Assembly: GCA_030324005.1 (NCBI GenBank)
Contig: JARDVH010000133.1
Coordinates: 23,412,409 to 23,476,408 of the forward strand
Reading direction: 5' to 3'
Source: Negaprion brevirostris
Taxonomy: Eukaryota
Length of the DNA: 64,000 nucleotides
The position numbers and the translations under genes are program-made. The stretch's first letter is position 1. Every line of letters starts with the position of its first letter. Positions 12,700 through 24,759 of the stretch are shown here, one piece after another. The notes beneath the pieces are model-generated. The model worked only from the letters and a program-made list of their open reading frames with translations, did not search any database and had not been told where the DNA came from.

Positions 12700-13105
12700 T
12701 GGAGAGATGTCAAGAAAGATGCCCAGAGAGGCAATTTTTTCAGTCAGAGGATGGTGAGTGTCTGGAATGAACTGCCAAAGGCAGTAGTAGAGGCAGGAAA
12801 AATTTTGTCTTTTAAAAAGCATTTAGACAGTTACATGGGTAAGATGGGTGTAGAAGGATAAGGGCCAAATGTGGGCAATTGGGACTAGCTTAGCAGTAAA
12901 AACCAGGCATATGGACAAGTTGGGCCAAAGGGCTTGTTTCCATGCTGTAAACCTCTTTGACTCTATGGCTGGAACTTTACCGCCTAGCCTGCCCAAAGCT
13001 CATAAGATCCCATCCGAGACCAATGGAGAATTCCGTTCTGTGAACCTTGGCCACCCTGATTCTGGGGTGGACGTGCCGAAAAAATTCCAGTCTATGACTC
13101 TATAA
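12700..13105 (+). mobile_element. CR1 LINE 3' end
   Basis: TTTTTTTCAGTCAGAGGATGGTGAGTGTCTGGAATGAACTGCC (FSQRMVSVWNELP) and tail GGGCCAAAGGGCTTGTTTCCATGCTGTAA...(TGACTCTA)n. Confidence 0.75.
12967..13092. mobile_element. Harbinger-like MITE (126 bp)
   Basis: Inverted termini GGCTGGAACTTT / AAAATTCCAGTC with 3-bp target duplication TAT; sits in the CR1 tail microsatellite. Confidence 0.6.
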
Positions 13106-13473
13106 CTGGTGGCTTTAACTTGTTTAAGTTGTTCTATTTTTAGCAATGTCTGTCTTTTGTTGTTAAGCAAATTAATTCGATCTAGCTATGAACTGCACAA
13201 ACATCAACTTCCTTACAATTCTGACAAAGAAATGTTGTAGACAATCTTTGCAAATTCAAGTAAGCTACATTTATTGGATTACCTTTTCTACCAATAGGTT
13301 TACCTGTTATAAAAACAGTGACTGCTGTTTATGAGGCTTGTGTTCTTTACATGTATCAGCCTCTACCATGGATATTTTTTTGACTTTAAAACACAAAGCA
13401 TCATAAAAACATTCTAGTTACTGAAATCTTGCAAGTGAACTTTATATAGAGCTTAATGTTGAGATAGACCGTG

Positions 13474-13895
13474 GTGTTATTGGTTCAGTGGTAGCACTCT
13501 CATCTCTGAAACAGAATGTTGTGGGTTCAGTTCTCATTTTGGGGTCTTGAGCACAAAACTTAGGCTCAAGTACAATACGTTGGGAGGGCTACACTGTTGA
13601 AGGTGCCATTTTTTGGATGAATTGCTAAAGTTGGACCCTATCTGCCTTATCAGATGGGCATAAGAGATCCCATAACACTATTTGAAGAGGAGAAGGGGCG
13701 TTCTCCCACATGTCCTGGCCAATATTTATTCCTCAGCCAATATTGCTAAAATAGATTAACTGGTCATTATCGCTTTGCCTTTTGTTGTATGCAAATTGGC
13801 TACAAAGTTTCTTACTTTACAACTGTGACCACAATTCAAAAGTAGTTCTTTGGAATGCCCTGAGGTTGTAAAAGTCTGTAAATAAATGCATATTT
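13474..13895 (+). mobile_element. Full-length Deu-domain SINE (SacSINE1-like)
   Basis: tRNA-like head GGTTCAGTGGTAGCACTCTC..GTGGGTTCAG, central AGATCCCAT..CACTATTTGAAGAGGAG..TGTCCTGGCCAATATTTAT, L2-like tail CCTGAGGTTGTAAAAG..TAAATGCA. Confidence 0.7.
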
Positions 13896-14079
13896 GTTAT
13901 TTTTTTTCTTCCCCTTATTTTAGTTTCTCCACATGAGGGCAAGTTCCAGTAGTAGGATGAACAGCATCTACTTCCAGGCAGTTGTAACAGAAATGACAAA
14001 ACTGTTCATTTTTACTGACTTTGTGGCTATAGGAATTCTTATATTTAATAAAAAAAACTCATCTTCAGTACAAGTATAG

Positions 14080-14543
14080 CTACAACAATTTGCATTTATG
14101 TAGCATCTTTAACATAGTAAAATCTCCATGGCATTTTCCAGGAGCATTATCAAATAAGTTTGACAGCAAGCCACACAAGGAGATATTAGGACAAGCAAAC
14201 AAAAGTTTGGTTGAAAAAGTAGCTTTAAGGAAAGCCTTAAAGAAGGAGAGAAGAGCAGAGATTTAGCGAGGGAATTCAAAGATTTTGTGCCAATACGATT
14301 GAAGGCAGAACCAGTGCAGAAATCTTGAAGGGTTGTAAGGTTGGAGGAATTTACAGGTATAGGGAGAGGTGCCTCTACAGAGGGATTTATAAAAAAAATG
14401 ATAACTTTAAAATTGCAGTAGATCATCAGATAATGACGATGGGGTGATTGGGACTTGATATGGATTAGCAACTGAGTAGCAGAGTTTTGGATGTACTCAA
14501 GTTTATATGGGGTGTAAGATAGGAAGCTAGTCAGGAGAGCTCA
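14080..14543 (-). mobile_element. L2 LINE 3' fragment
   Basis: ACAACAATTTGCATTTATGTAGCATCTTTAAC.. tail in inverse orientation; similar to 520-997. Confidence 0.55.
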
Positions 14544-15199
14544 NNNNNNNNNNATAAAGTAGGAGATACTATACTTAGATATTTTATAGTAATCCATAAC
14601 TCTCCATTTCATTCCATTTTCATACCATTGAATTGTCTCATGATATAATATTTCCGCTTCCACTAACATTATTTCTACACTTGCATTATTTTATTCCCGA
14701 TGACATTGTTGCCGTCTTTGGTGCTTCCCATTTTGCCACTGTTGTTGGGGATCTGTTCCTTTTTAGATTTGCCTTTGGAATAAAATGTTACCAAGTTAGG
14801 AATGGCATACATTTACATTTGGTCTCGGGATACAGGCAAAATTTGGGTTGAATTTTGCTCTATGATTTAATTTATTTCTCAGGATGACTTTAATTCATTG
14901 ATTTGAATTGTTTATTTTGTGGAGGGTGAGATCATCTATTGCAGATGTTGGTGAATCTCATGATCTATCGAATTTGACAAGTTTTTTTTAATGGATTGAA
15001 CATTTACACAAATTTTAATCTATTTCCTGAAAAATGGATCATTTTCTGAAGCATCCATAAATGATTAAACATTTATGAAGTCTCAAATGAAGCAGCATGA
15101 GTTACAAAGGTAGGGGTGATTAAATCTGCTTAGATTCATTGTTAATTGTTAACTCCCGGCAACGAACAAGTGCTTAAAAGTACCACCCAATCAAATTAT

Positions 15200-15930
15200 T
15201 GGCCCAGATATTGCTGTCGAAATAAGGGTGAGGCTAAATAGCACGCAACATTGTTTAGGAGTAAATAGCACAGCAACTTCAAACAAGCGGCAAAAGCAGG
15301 TATATATAGCAATACCCAAAATTTATGGTCAAGAGTTACACCACTCTGCCTTTAGTTCGTGAAAATAATCTTTTCCTGTCAGCTTCATTGAAATATATTG
15401 AATGGCATGAAATTGTTTTAGTTGCACAGTAGATAGGAATTAGACATTCCACAGAAGATCAAGTCTTATCACAAGTGCAGATACTTTAAGGATGTCAAAA
15501 CTTAATTGCTGCCTCTCCCGCACAGAAACAATTACTTGTGGAGACTCATTATTTAACGTATCGATTGTTGCTGTAAAAAATTCAATTTAAAATCACATTG
15601 CTGCACTTCCTTTCTCTTTTTTCTCAATCCATTTTTTTCTTTTTATTTCTTTCTGTACCTGATTTACAATTGCATTCAATCACACTCTGTTCACTCTAAA
15701 TTACACATTCATCTCCATTGTTCATTTCTTAATCATTCAATCATTGGTTAAAGAAGAATTGCTTTCTCTATTTATTCGGCCCTTGGCGCCCTGTTTTCTC
15801 TGTTAATATCTTACACTTATGGCAGCTTTCTAAGCAATAAAAATTAACACTGAATGTGCCAGGGCAAGTTTAAATAATGGCTGTTATATGTTATAATGTT
15901 AGATGCCCTGCTACAGTAAAGTCTGGGCCA
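15200..15930. mobile_element. Non-autonomous DNA transposon with terminal inverted repeats (Harbinger-like)
   Basis: Left TGGCCCAGATATTGCTGT; right ACAGTAAAGTCTGGGCCA (reverse complement TGGCCCAGACTTTACTGT). A similar end GCAAAATCTGGGC occurs at ~16580. Confidence 0.55.
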
Positions 15931-17124
15931 GTAATCAGCATTTTGTGACCAGCAGTGAATGAGTGGGTATTATAGCTCATTATACTTCTAGTTGCCCACA
16001 GACCTTTTAGGTTTTGGAGCAGCAACTTGTGGCCATCAGGAATCTGGTTTTATGTAACACCTGGAACTGTTATGAATATAGTAAGAAAAAGTGTCTTTCT
16101 TCAACCAAGTATGCATGAAGCATTTTTGCTGAAGCCAATAGAGTCAATAGCTAATTCAAAGTAAAATTATGTATAGAGAAAGAAATAGAGGAAAGAAAAA
16201 AAGATTAATTGAGAAAGCGAGAAAGAGAGAGCAAAAGTAAAAAATATATCTCCAACATTAAGATCCAAAGGAATAGGACTACCCAATCATAAACAATAAA
16301 TCTTCAAGGTCGGGTTGCTTGGCAATAAGTAAAACTTACCAGTCCATTTAAAAAAAATTATTTGCACTTTAATGAAATACTCTCAAGTTTCCTGGTTACC
16401 TAGCGGGTAAGTATCTCAGTTTTATATCCTGCATGTGCTTGAATGCTAACTCATGTAGCAGTAGAATTACTACATCAGTCTAGTGAAGCTTGCAGAGGAC
16501 TTCGGCAAATTGGACAGCAACTTTTTGATTTTTGCATTTAATTGCGTATAATTAATAGTCTTGCCATCATTCCCACCGCAAAATCTGGGCTATTGTGCTT
16601 CTCAAAAACCACAATCTGGAACCAAAACTGGTACACAATTAAGCAATCAAAATAAAGTAATGCTTTTAACAACCTNNNNNNNNNNNNNNNNNNNNNNNNN
16701 NNNNNNNNNNNNNNNNNNNNNNNNNNNNNNNNNNNNNNNNNNNNNNNNNNNNNNNNNNNNNNNNNNNNNNNNNNNCTTTTAACAACCTTCTTTCTTATTG
16801 CATAGAGCTAAAAATAAAAGGGTTGGTTTCATTTCTGGCACATATCAGGCAGCAGTTAATGGAGCAACTACCAAGCCTGCTCAATAACTGGGGGAGATCA
16901 AACTAATTGTGTTTGCTGGGCCTCATTTAAATGCAACCGGGGAGCTTTTGGTCCTAACCATATTGTTTTTGGACAGCTTGATGTTGCGGACAGAAATCTA
17001 ATGAGACTGCTGCGACTTAATGGAAACTCATAGTTCTTAAAGGATAGGTGCACTTTCTAAAGGTAGTCAGCACATAAATGAGGTAAAATGTTACATTGGC
17101 CAGAGGGCCCTGATTCATCAGTAG

Positions 17125-17740
17125 CCAAGTGTGGACATGCTCCTGGAGTAAGCGAGGAATAAGGAGGAAGTCCTTTTTCCTTCAGAAGACAGATGTTCTA
17201 GAGGCAATGCCAGAAGAATGACTGAGTCATGAAAAATTAGTCAACTGCAGTGGAGAAAAGTGGTCTTTTCCATAGCATTATTATTAGGTTCTGGCTGCAG
17301 TGCAGCAAGAAAAATAATAATCTTACCAGAACTGCTCCACATTTTTATTCTTGAAATTAACTTGCAAAGTCATATTTTGATTGAATAGGAGCAATCCATT
17401 TCATCCCCATTTCCCCTACACCTGCGCAAATCACTACATCTCCTGATTGCATTCACACATACAATCACCACTCACCTCAGTGATTTATGCCATACGCTCA
17501 GAGATTATGTTTCTTCCTCTCAGCATGCAAACTATGGTAAGTTGCCTCACTTATCTTCAAAATCCTTTAACAAGACATTTTCACTCTTCTTGCAGGAGAA
17601 GCTGGCTCATAACCGAAGAGTGACTTGAAGAACAGGAGGACTTTAATCTGCATTTGACACCAATAGAAGATGTGGCCATTGCCACCATAGACAGGGAAAT
17701 GACAAACAACATTAAAGAAATGATTGCAATGACCCCATGC
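17125..17740 (+). pseudogene. Decayed Harbinger Myb/SANT-like DNA-binding protein gene (NAIF1-like)
   Basis: Fragments VDMLLE*ARNKEEVLFP and WLQCSKKNNNLTR, then after acceptor CTTCTTGCAG (17595) EKLAHNRRVT*RTGG..LTPIEDVAIATI; contains stops and frameshifts. Confidence 0.55.
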
Positions 17741-19796
17741 AGAGGAGGGTGCTTGCATATTTTCATTTCCTTTTCCTCTTTACACTTAACTTACTCACAT
17801 AGATGCACGCACACATGCATGCACGCACACACTCACTCATGGTGGTCCATTGCATTTTGTTATGGCATGGCTGATGGTAAATGCTGAGCTCCCAAATTCC
17901 AAAACAGAAGCTTGAAGCAGCTGCCAAAATGGATTTTGCAATTTGCATCTTATGAGGAAAGGTTCTGAAATCAGGAAATGATGTCTCTAATGAATTGTGA
18001 TGATTTTATATTAATATGTTATACATTTATTTAAAAAAATAAACAAAATGACATTTTAACACAAGAATGGCTTCTCACATTAAACAATACTTTAAAATAT
18101 CTTAATTTAAACTATCCTCAGAGCTAACCTTCCCCTTCTCCGTTTAGCAACAATTGTTATAAATGATTAAATCTTTAGAATTCCAACAATTTTTATCCCA
18201 CAGTGCCCTTTTTCTCTTGGGGTGTTCTCTGAAGCTAACAAGAGCTGGTTCTCCAGGTCTGGTCTTGTCTTCTGGGAGATCTGACTAGCTAGCTATCCTG
18301 CTGTCTTTTGGGAGATCTAAGCAGCTACTCCCTCACATGGGCTTCAGTAATTCCTTAAATGCATTCTTTTGCTTTGATCCCACTCAACTCTTCAGAAGTG
18401 TTTTCTTCCCAGAATTGATTAAACTCCATTTTTAGTTTAGCTCTTAAGTTTTGAAAAGTAAACATCCTGTCTTTACCCTACTTTTACAACCTGTACTACA
18501 TATCCTCCTTTGAACTAAAACAACCCACTTCAAAACAACTCTTGTTATGGCCTTATGTAAAATTTTTATTAAAGTTCCTCTTGGTTCATTAACATATTAA
18601 AACCACTTCTGACCATTGGTTTAGACTTTTGCATTCACCCTGGCTCATATTTCAATTACCATACTTACTGTTTTGCAGTGCATAAGAGATATGACAATGA
18701 TATTACCAAAACAAAAATTTTACAATTCCTTATTTCCATGTCAACCGCCATTCATCTTGCTATTACATGTCTCTACCCATTTTGAGGCCTTGCAGCCACA
18801 AACATTCAGGAGAACTTTTCTAATAATTCAGTGACTTTTACTGTTGTTCTTCGATTGTCAACACAGAATTTGGCACCTTAAATGACCAGCTATGTGAATT
18901 TGCAGGGGCTGTTTTGCAGAGCACAAGCACAGATGGAAAGGTCAGCCCAGAAAACAGTTTGCTGGAGAGCAAGCTCAAACTCAGCTCTGCCAAAGTAGAC
19001 AGAGTGTGCAAATGTTAGGGATTCAATATGAAAAGAATGCTTTCTGTGCACAAGAAATAACTAAATCAGCCTGACCACCTGCCAAGCAGCTACTGTAACA
19101 TGACAGTGACTGTGTATGATGCAACATCTGTGAAGATCTGGTGCGTAGTATTGATCACTCTGCAAGCAGTCAAAGTACATCGTTGTCACTTCAGTGAATG
19201 CAGTAGTGAAGTCATTTTTGTTGCTGTGAGTAGCACAAATAGTATCTCTCTGAGATGCAAGCTTTGCACTCCACTTTCTACACTGCCTTGCACAATTGGA
19301 CGATTGAATGAAAAGGGGTTTCAAATGGATTCTTTAGGCCAGATCTTCACGTCAGAGATGGGAACCAGGAGGCAGGATGCATCGTGCCTTTATAATCCTA
19401 ACCTCCATTTCGAGATCTTGAGATGAGGTCTTCCGAGAACCCAAGTCTTAAGTGGTCTGGAGGTGAGAGTGGAGTTAGGTCGAATCTAGAGCAGCCAGGT
19501 TAAAAGACCAACGGTCTATTCCCAGTGAATCTCAGCATGATGCTTCTGAGGCAATTAGTTGTTTACCTTCAAATATCAACTTGAACCTACTTCAGATCCC
19601 CAATAGTACAGTAACTAGTTACACATCCATCAAAATTAATAATTTGTCTAGAAGGACAATATTTCAAAGCATTTGCTTATATGAAGACTGTGGAATACAG
19701 ATGCACTAAAGAAAATCTGTTGGTTACAAATTGTTGGACTAGCTATCTTAAATGTTCTTGGTTTTTGCATTACTTAATTCTCCTGTATTTATCCAG

Positions 19797-19981
19797 CTAA
19801 TGAAAATCGCTATGAAGGCTTGTGGAAAAATGGAAAGAAACATGGATTAGGAAAGTTTTTCTTCTCTGAGAAAGGCCAACTGTATGAAGGAGTGTGGGTA
19901 GATGACATTCCAAAGTGTGGAAAAATGATTGACTTTGGTCGAGAAGATGCAATTGATCCTACTCCCTACCCAATACCACAG
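19797..19981 (+). CDS. MORN3: MORN3 internal coding exon (185 bp)
   Basis: ATCCAG acceptor, GTATTT donor. Encodes (A)NENRYEGLWKNGKKHGLGKFFFSEKGQLYEGVWVDDIPKCGKMIDFGREDAIDPTPYPIPQ, matching MORN3 ...KCGTMIDFGR..A..PT.FPIP. Confidence 0.95.
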
Positions 19982-20319
19982 GTATTTAAATTTTACTGTT
20001 GCTTTTTAGACAATCTTGTTTTGCACCATTTATTTACATGTTTGGAACAACTACGGAATGAAAAAGACCATTCGGTACATTATATCCTTTCTAGGAGACC
20101 TTGCACAATTTGTAATACTGGGGATATGCTGAAACATATTTACTTTTTAAGGAAAGAATGTGCATGGATCAATCTCTTTATAGTATTTTTGTATCATATA
20201 ATCTGCTTAACCAGGGTATATATTTCTTCTTTCTTATTTAGTAACTGTGTGTGGTTTCTATGACCACCCCCATCGCACTACAATAAAGAAACATTCTCCA
20301 CTATGGAGGCATTGTGGTG

Positions 20320-22091
20320 AGCAATTTCATGAACATTAAAAACTTTATGAATTATGGTTTCATATGACATCACAGCTTGCATTTATTAGGTATACATCCC
20401 AAGTCCTTAAAGTTGAACAAGAACTTTATATAAACATTCTTATATATGTCTTTAAGACTTTTGGCAATTGCCTGAATTTTTTTTATCAAATAGCTCTGTA
20501 ATTTAAATTTGTCATTGTAGAAATGTTGCCAAAGAGATATAATCCAGGTATGTCCAACTAGGCATGGTTATTTTCAGAAAGCAGTTAGATTATATATTTA
20601 ACATTTTTAATGATTTCTGTTAGGATTCATAAGCAAATTAGTTCACTATCTGTGATTGAATAACAGCTTGCACGATCAGCAACAATGATACAATAGTTAA
20701 CTTAGTATAGAGAATTTTATCCTTCAGATACTATTGTTCAGTTATGGTAAACATTTTCAACATTTTAATAGTATTCTGAAGGTAAACCGTAATTTTGTCT
20801 TCTGGCAATGAACTGAAGAAGATGCATTGTAAACATGATTATGTAACATGTACCAGCAGTGCTGACTTTCAAAGGCGTTGCTTATTGATTTCCCTCTTTC
20901 GTCCACTACGACATACAAGACCCATTTTGTCACCTCGTGTAACAAGATTGTCAGCTCTTTGTTTCAAAAACTCAATAATCATATTCAGTCTCAGTCTAAA
21001 CAAATCTTTCCCAGGCAAGCATTTGAAAATACCTCTTACGTCGATATTTGTTCTTCTCTTAGGTTTTCATCGCTGTTAACCCATCAGTTACATTATTAAT
21101 TTGTACCTGGATGATTGGTCGTTGTTTACAACTTTCTATCTTTAAGATGATGGGCATTGCAGCAAATCAAATATGTTAGTCATAATTTCATAATCCACGA
21201 GGGGCAAGTTTTACCACGATTGTCACATACAAAGTGATTATCAGGTATCATCAGGTTTTCAGTGTAGCCAAGCCACTGATTGTCATGGTGGCGCACACAG
21301 GTCCACTGGTGATGTTGCCATTTGCTTTTACTATTAACTAATGGTGAAAGTCGATGTTTAGGGCCTTCATGTCATGTTTATAAGCACCTTGAAGAGGAGC
21401 AGTGGGCATTCTACTGGTTTTCTGGCACTGGCTTCCTCACCGTACAAAGAATCTTTGGTGGCATGTCCTCTTCCTGCAAATTTACTGGAGTCAGAGAGGT
21501 TGCCTCTGCTTTATGATTAACCAAATGGATGTAATTATTTTGTTGAATTTATTTGGTTAGAATGCAAGCTTATTGTAATTGTCAGAAATTTCTATTCCAA
21601 AATTACAGGTTACCTTCAGAATACTATTGAAATGTTGAAAATGTTTACCATAACTGAACGATAATATCTGAAGGATAAAGTTCTCTATACTAAGTTAACT
21701 ATTGTACCATTGTTGCTGATATCGCGCAAGCTGTTATTCAATCACAGATAGTGAATTAATCTGCTTATGAACCCTAACAGAAATCATTAAAAATGTTAAA
21801 TATATAATCTAACTGCTTTCTGAAAATAACCATGCCTGGTTGGACATACCTGGATTATATCTCATTGGCAATATTTCTATAATGACAAATTTAAATTACA
21901 GGAACAATTTAGCTATTTGATAAAAAAATTGGCAATTGCCAGAGGTCTTAAAGATATATATGAGTGTTTATATAAAGTTCTTGTTCAGCTTTAAGGACTT
22001 GGGATGTATACATAATAGATGCAAGCTGTGATATTATGTGAAAAAATAATTCATAAAGTTTTTTTTTCATGTTAATGTTCATGAAATTGCT
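20320..22091. repeat. Long inverted repeat: arms 20320-20797 and 21598-22091, ~800-bp spacer
   Basis: Manual alignment of the left arm with the reverse complement of the right arm gives ~27 substitutions and a few short indels over ~470 bp. Confidence 0.95.
21130..21490 (-). mobile_element. Degraded RTE-clade LINE 3' fragment inside the inverted-repeat spacer
   Basis: Minus-strand pieces GHATKDSLYGEEASARKPVECPLLLFK / AYKHDMKALNID / HFVCDNRGKTCPSW resemble RTE C-terminal PKxxLYGELxxGxRPxGRPxLRFKD..KRDMKAL.ID and the terminal zinc knuckle. Confidence 0.6.
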
Positions 22092-22874
22092 GAGCAGCAA
22101 CTAAAGGACTGGAAAACAAGTTGAAAACTTGGATTGAACAATGTGTCACAAAAATGGTGGTTATGTTGAAGCTGAGAGAATTGAATTGTATTAAAATGTT
22201 ATAAATTATGCTTTTATATGCTGTTTATAGTTTGTTTCTGTCATGTGTACATCCAGTTTTTAAGTTGTACATGTACTTTTCATGATGCATTTTTGCCAAC
22301 TCTGCTTCTTCCTTGTGCAGCAAGATAATCTTGGCAAACTGCCCTGGATAATATATGCCTGCTTGTACCCTTTAAGGTCAGGGGTTATAATAGCTGTTTT
22401 TAATTGTAGCTTCATTTCATGTCCCCAGATCAAAGCAACTGATGGTAACTCTGGCAGCTTTCCCTTCCTCAGTCCAAGGCCAGATATGGTACTGTCAAAC
22501 TGGCTGAGATCAAATAAATAAGCACAGCCAAGGGATTAAACCTGAAAATATCATGATCTTTATGGTTCAGTAAAACATTCTAATTTAATATCCTCAGCTG
22601 CTTCAACAAACCTTCCCATTATCATAAATTCAAAAGTGGGCTGTTTCCTGATAATTATACAGTGTTTAATTCCTTAGATAATGAAACAGTCGATGCCCAT
22701 CTACAAAGTTGTGCCTCACCAGTGGTGGGCAGTGACCATCCCCAATGTGAGACTCTTTCCACCTTACCTTAATGTTGGAACTTATTATTATGCCAGGTCC
22801 CCGATTATTAACATCATAGGATCACCATTGACCAGAAACACAACAACACCATTTACATAAATTCTATAATTTAT

Positions 22875-23234
22875 GGGCGGCATGGTAGCACAGTGGTTTG
22901 CACTGCNNNNNNNNNNNNNNNNNNNNNNNNNNNNNNNNNNNNNNNNNNNNNNNNNNNNNNNNTGGAGTGTGCATGTTCTCCCTGTGCAGACCGGGTTTCC
23001 TCTGGCTGCTCCAGTTTCCTCCCACACTCTAAAGATGTGCGGGTTATGTTGATTGGCCATGCTAAGAAATTGCCCCTTAGTGTCCAGGGATGCGTAGGTT
23101 AGAGAGATTTGTGGGTATAATATGTAGGGATATGGGGGTAGGTCCTGGGTGGGATTGTGTTCTGTGCAGACTCTATGAGCCGAAGGGCCTGTTTCTGCAC
23201 TGTAGGGTTCTGTGGTTTGCTCTATGATTCTATG
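22875..23234 (+). mobile_element. V-SINE (HE1-like), tail type A
   Basis: GGGCGGCATGGTAGCACAGTGG head, V-domain, tail GCCGAAGGGCCTGTTTCTGCACTGTAGGG..TCTATGATTCTATG; contains an N gap. Confidence 0.85.
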
Positions 23235-24074
23235 GTCTGTGCCGACTAAAGCTGGTCAAAGGTTGGATATTTTCAGTTGGGTGAACCCCTTCCTGACTCA
23301 TTAAAATTCCTCCATTAGCTGTAAGGTACAAATCAAGAGCTTGATTGAATACTCTCCACTTGCCTGGATGAGTGTAGTTCTAATAACACTGAAGAAACTT
23401 GACACTGTCCAGGCCAAAGCAATTTACTTGATCAGAACTTCATTCACTAACCTAAGTATTTACTTTGTCTGCCATACTGTACGAACAGTGTGTATTCAAC
23501 AGGATGCACTGCAGTAACATGAGACAGCTTCTTGAGCAGCACTTCGAGGTCTCATTCTTAGCTGCTGCAGACCAACTGATTAGAATCTCAGGTGCAGTTT
23601 AAATATTTAATTATTCAATCAGCATCTTTATTGTGGGCTACTGTGATTTCATCGCAGCTATTGTGGTCTAAAATTCCAATTCCATAAACAATACCGAATT
23701 AGAATAACTAATTTTAAGTTGCTTTTATACTTTCTGAGAAATCTTATGTCCACTCTGTTGTACATCATCACCCAATTGAAAGATGAGACAAATAATTTGG
23801 TCGTAAGCTTTTGCTGATCGATTCCCCCTTGGATCAGTCACAGCAGAATTTATGAGAACTGCACAGACTAATTCATGACACAATTTGTTTAGCTTATCTT
23901 TCCCTCTTTTCCCCATCCTACAACATTCTACCCCATCCCTGCCCTTACCACAGAATAGGATAGTGTTTGTGGTCACGAGGGATCAGTGAAAGAAGTTTGT
24001 ACAGTTTGTACAGTACTTAAAAATTGCATTGCAAGAAGCTGCAGATAACTATCTCACAATTACTATTGACAAAC

Positions 24075-24720
24075 AAGAAAGCAAGCTAAAACAGAAAATG
24101 CTGGAAATACTTAGCAGGTCTGGCATCTGCGACGAGACAAACAGAATTAAAGATTCAGATTGCTGACCTCCCATCAGAGTGTGGAAAATTTTGAAATTTG
24201 TTAGGATTTCAGTTGGTCAAATGGGAGAGTGTGGAAAAAAAACAAAATAGAAGATCTGAAATAGGACAAAAGATGGAAAACATTAAATGACAAAAGATTT
24301 GGTGGGCAGAGCCAAAGGAAGTAATGACACAAGCAAAGAAACAAAAAATATGTGAATGCCAGAATAGTGACCTGCAGTTTGAAAGTCAAAGTGAATGGAA
24401 AACAAGATTAAGGTTGAAACAAGCAAAGAAAATGGGACGGAGATTAAAGTATAAAATTGTTAAACTCAATGCTAAATCCAGAAGACTGTAAAGTTGGAAA
24501 ATGCGATGCTATTAATCAGGCTTATGTTGAGCTTCATTGGAACACTGCAGCAGTCCAAGGACAGAGATATCAGTGTGGGAGCAAGGTGCAGAATTAAGAC
24601 GATAGGCTATTGAAAGCTTGGGGGTCACGCTTGCAGATAGAGCAGTTCTGCAAAGTGGTCATCCAAATTGCTTTTGGTCTCTCCAATATAGAGCAGGAAA
24701 CTAATTGAATCAGGGTACAC
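24075..24720 (-). mobile_element. Degraded Penelope-like fragment
   Basis: Same AAAACAGAAAATGCTGGAAATACTTAGCAGGTCTGGC terminus as 11660; downstream sequence resembles decayed GIY-YIG coding DNA. Confidence 0.5.
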
Positions 24721-24759
24721 CAAAATTGACGTCAGTAAAATAATAGTAATGAAGAAAGT

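Noticed and set aside
19982-20263. 147-aa ORF 19820-20263 as a single-exon protein
   Set aside because: MORN3 similarity ends at the GT donor (19982); the remainder is intron read-through.
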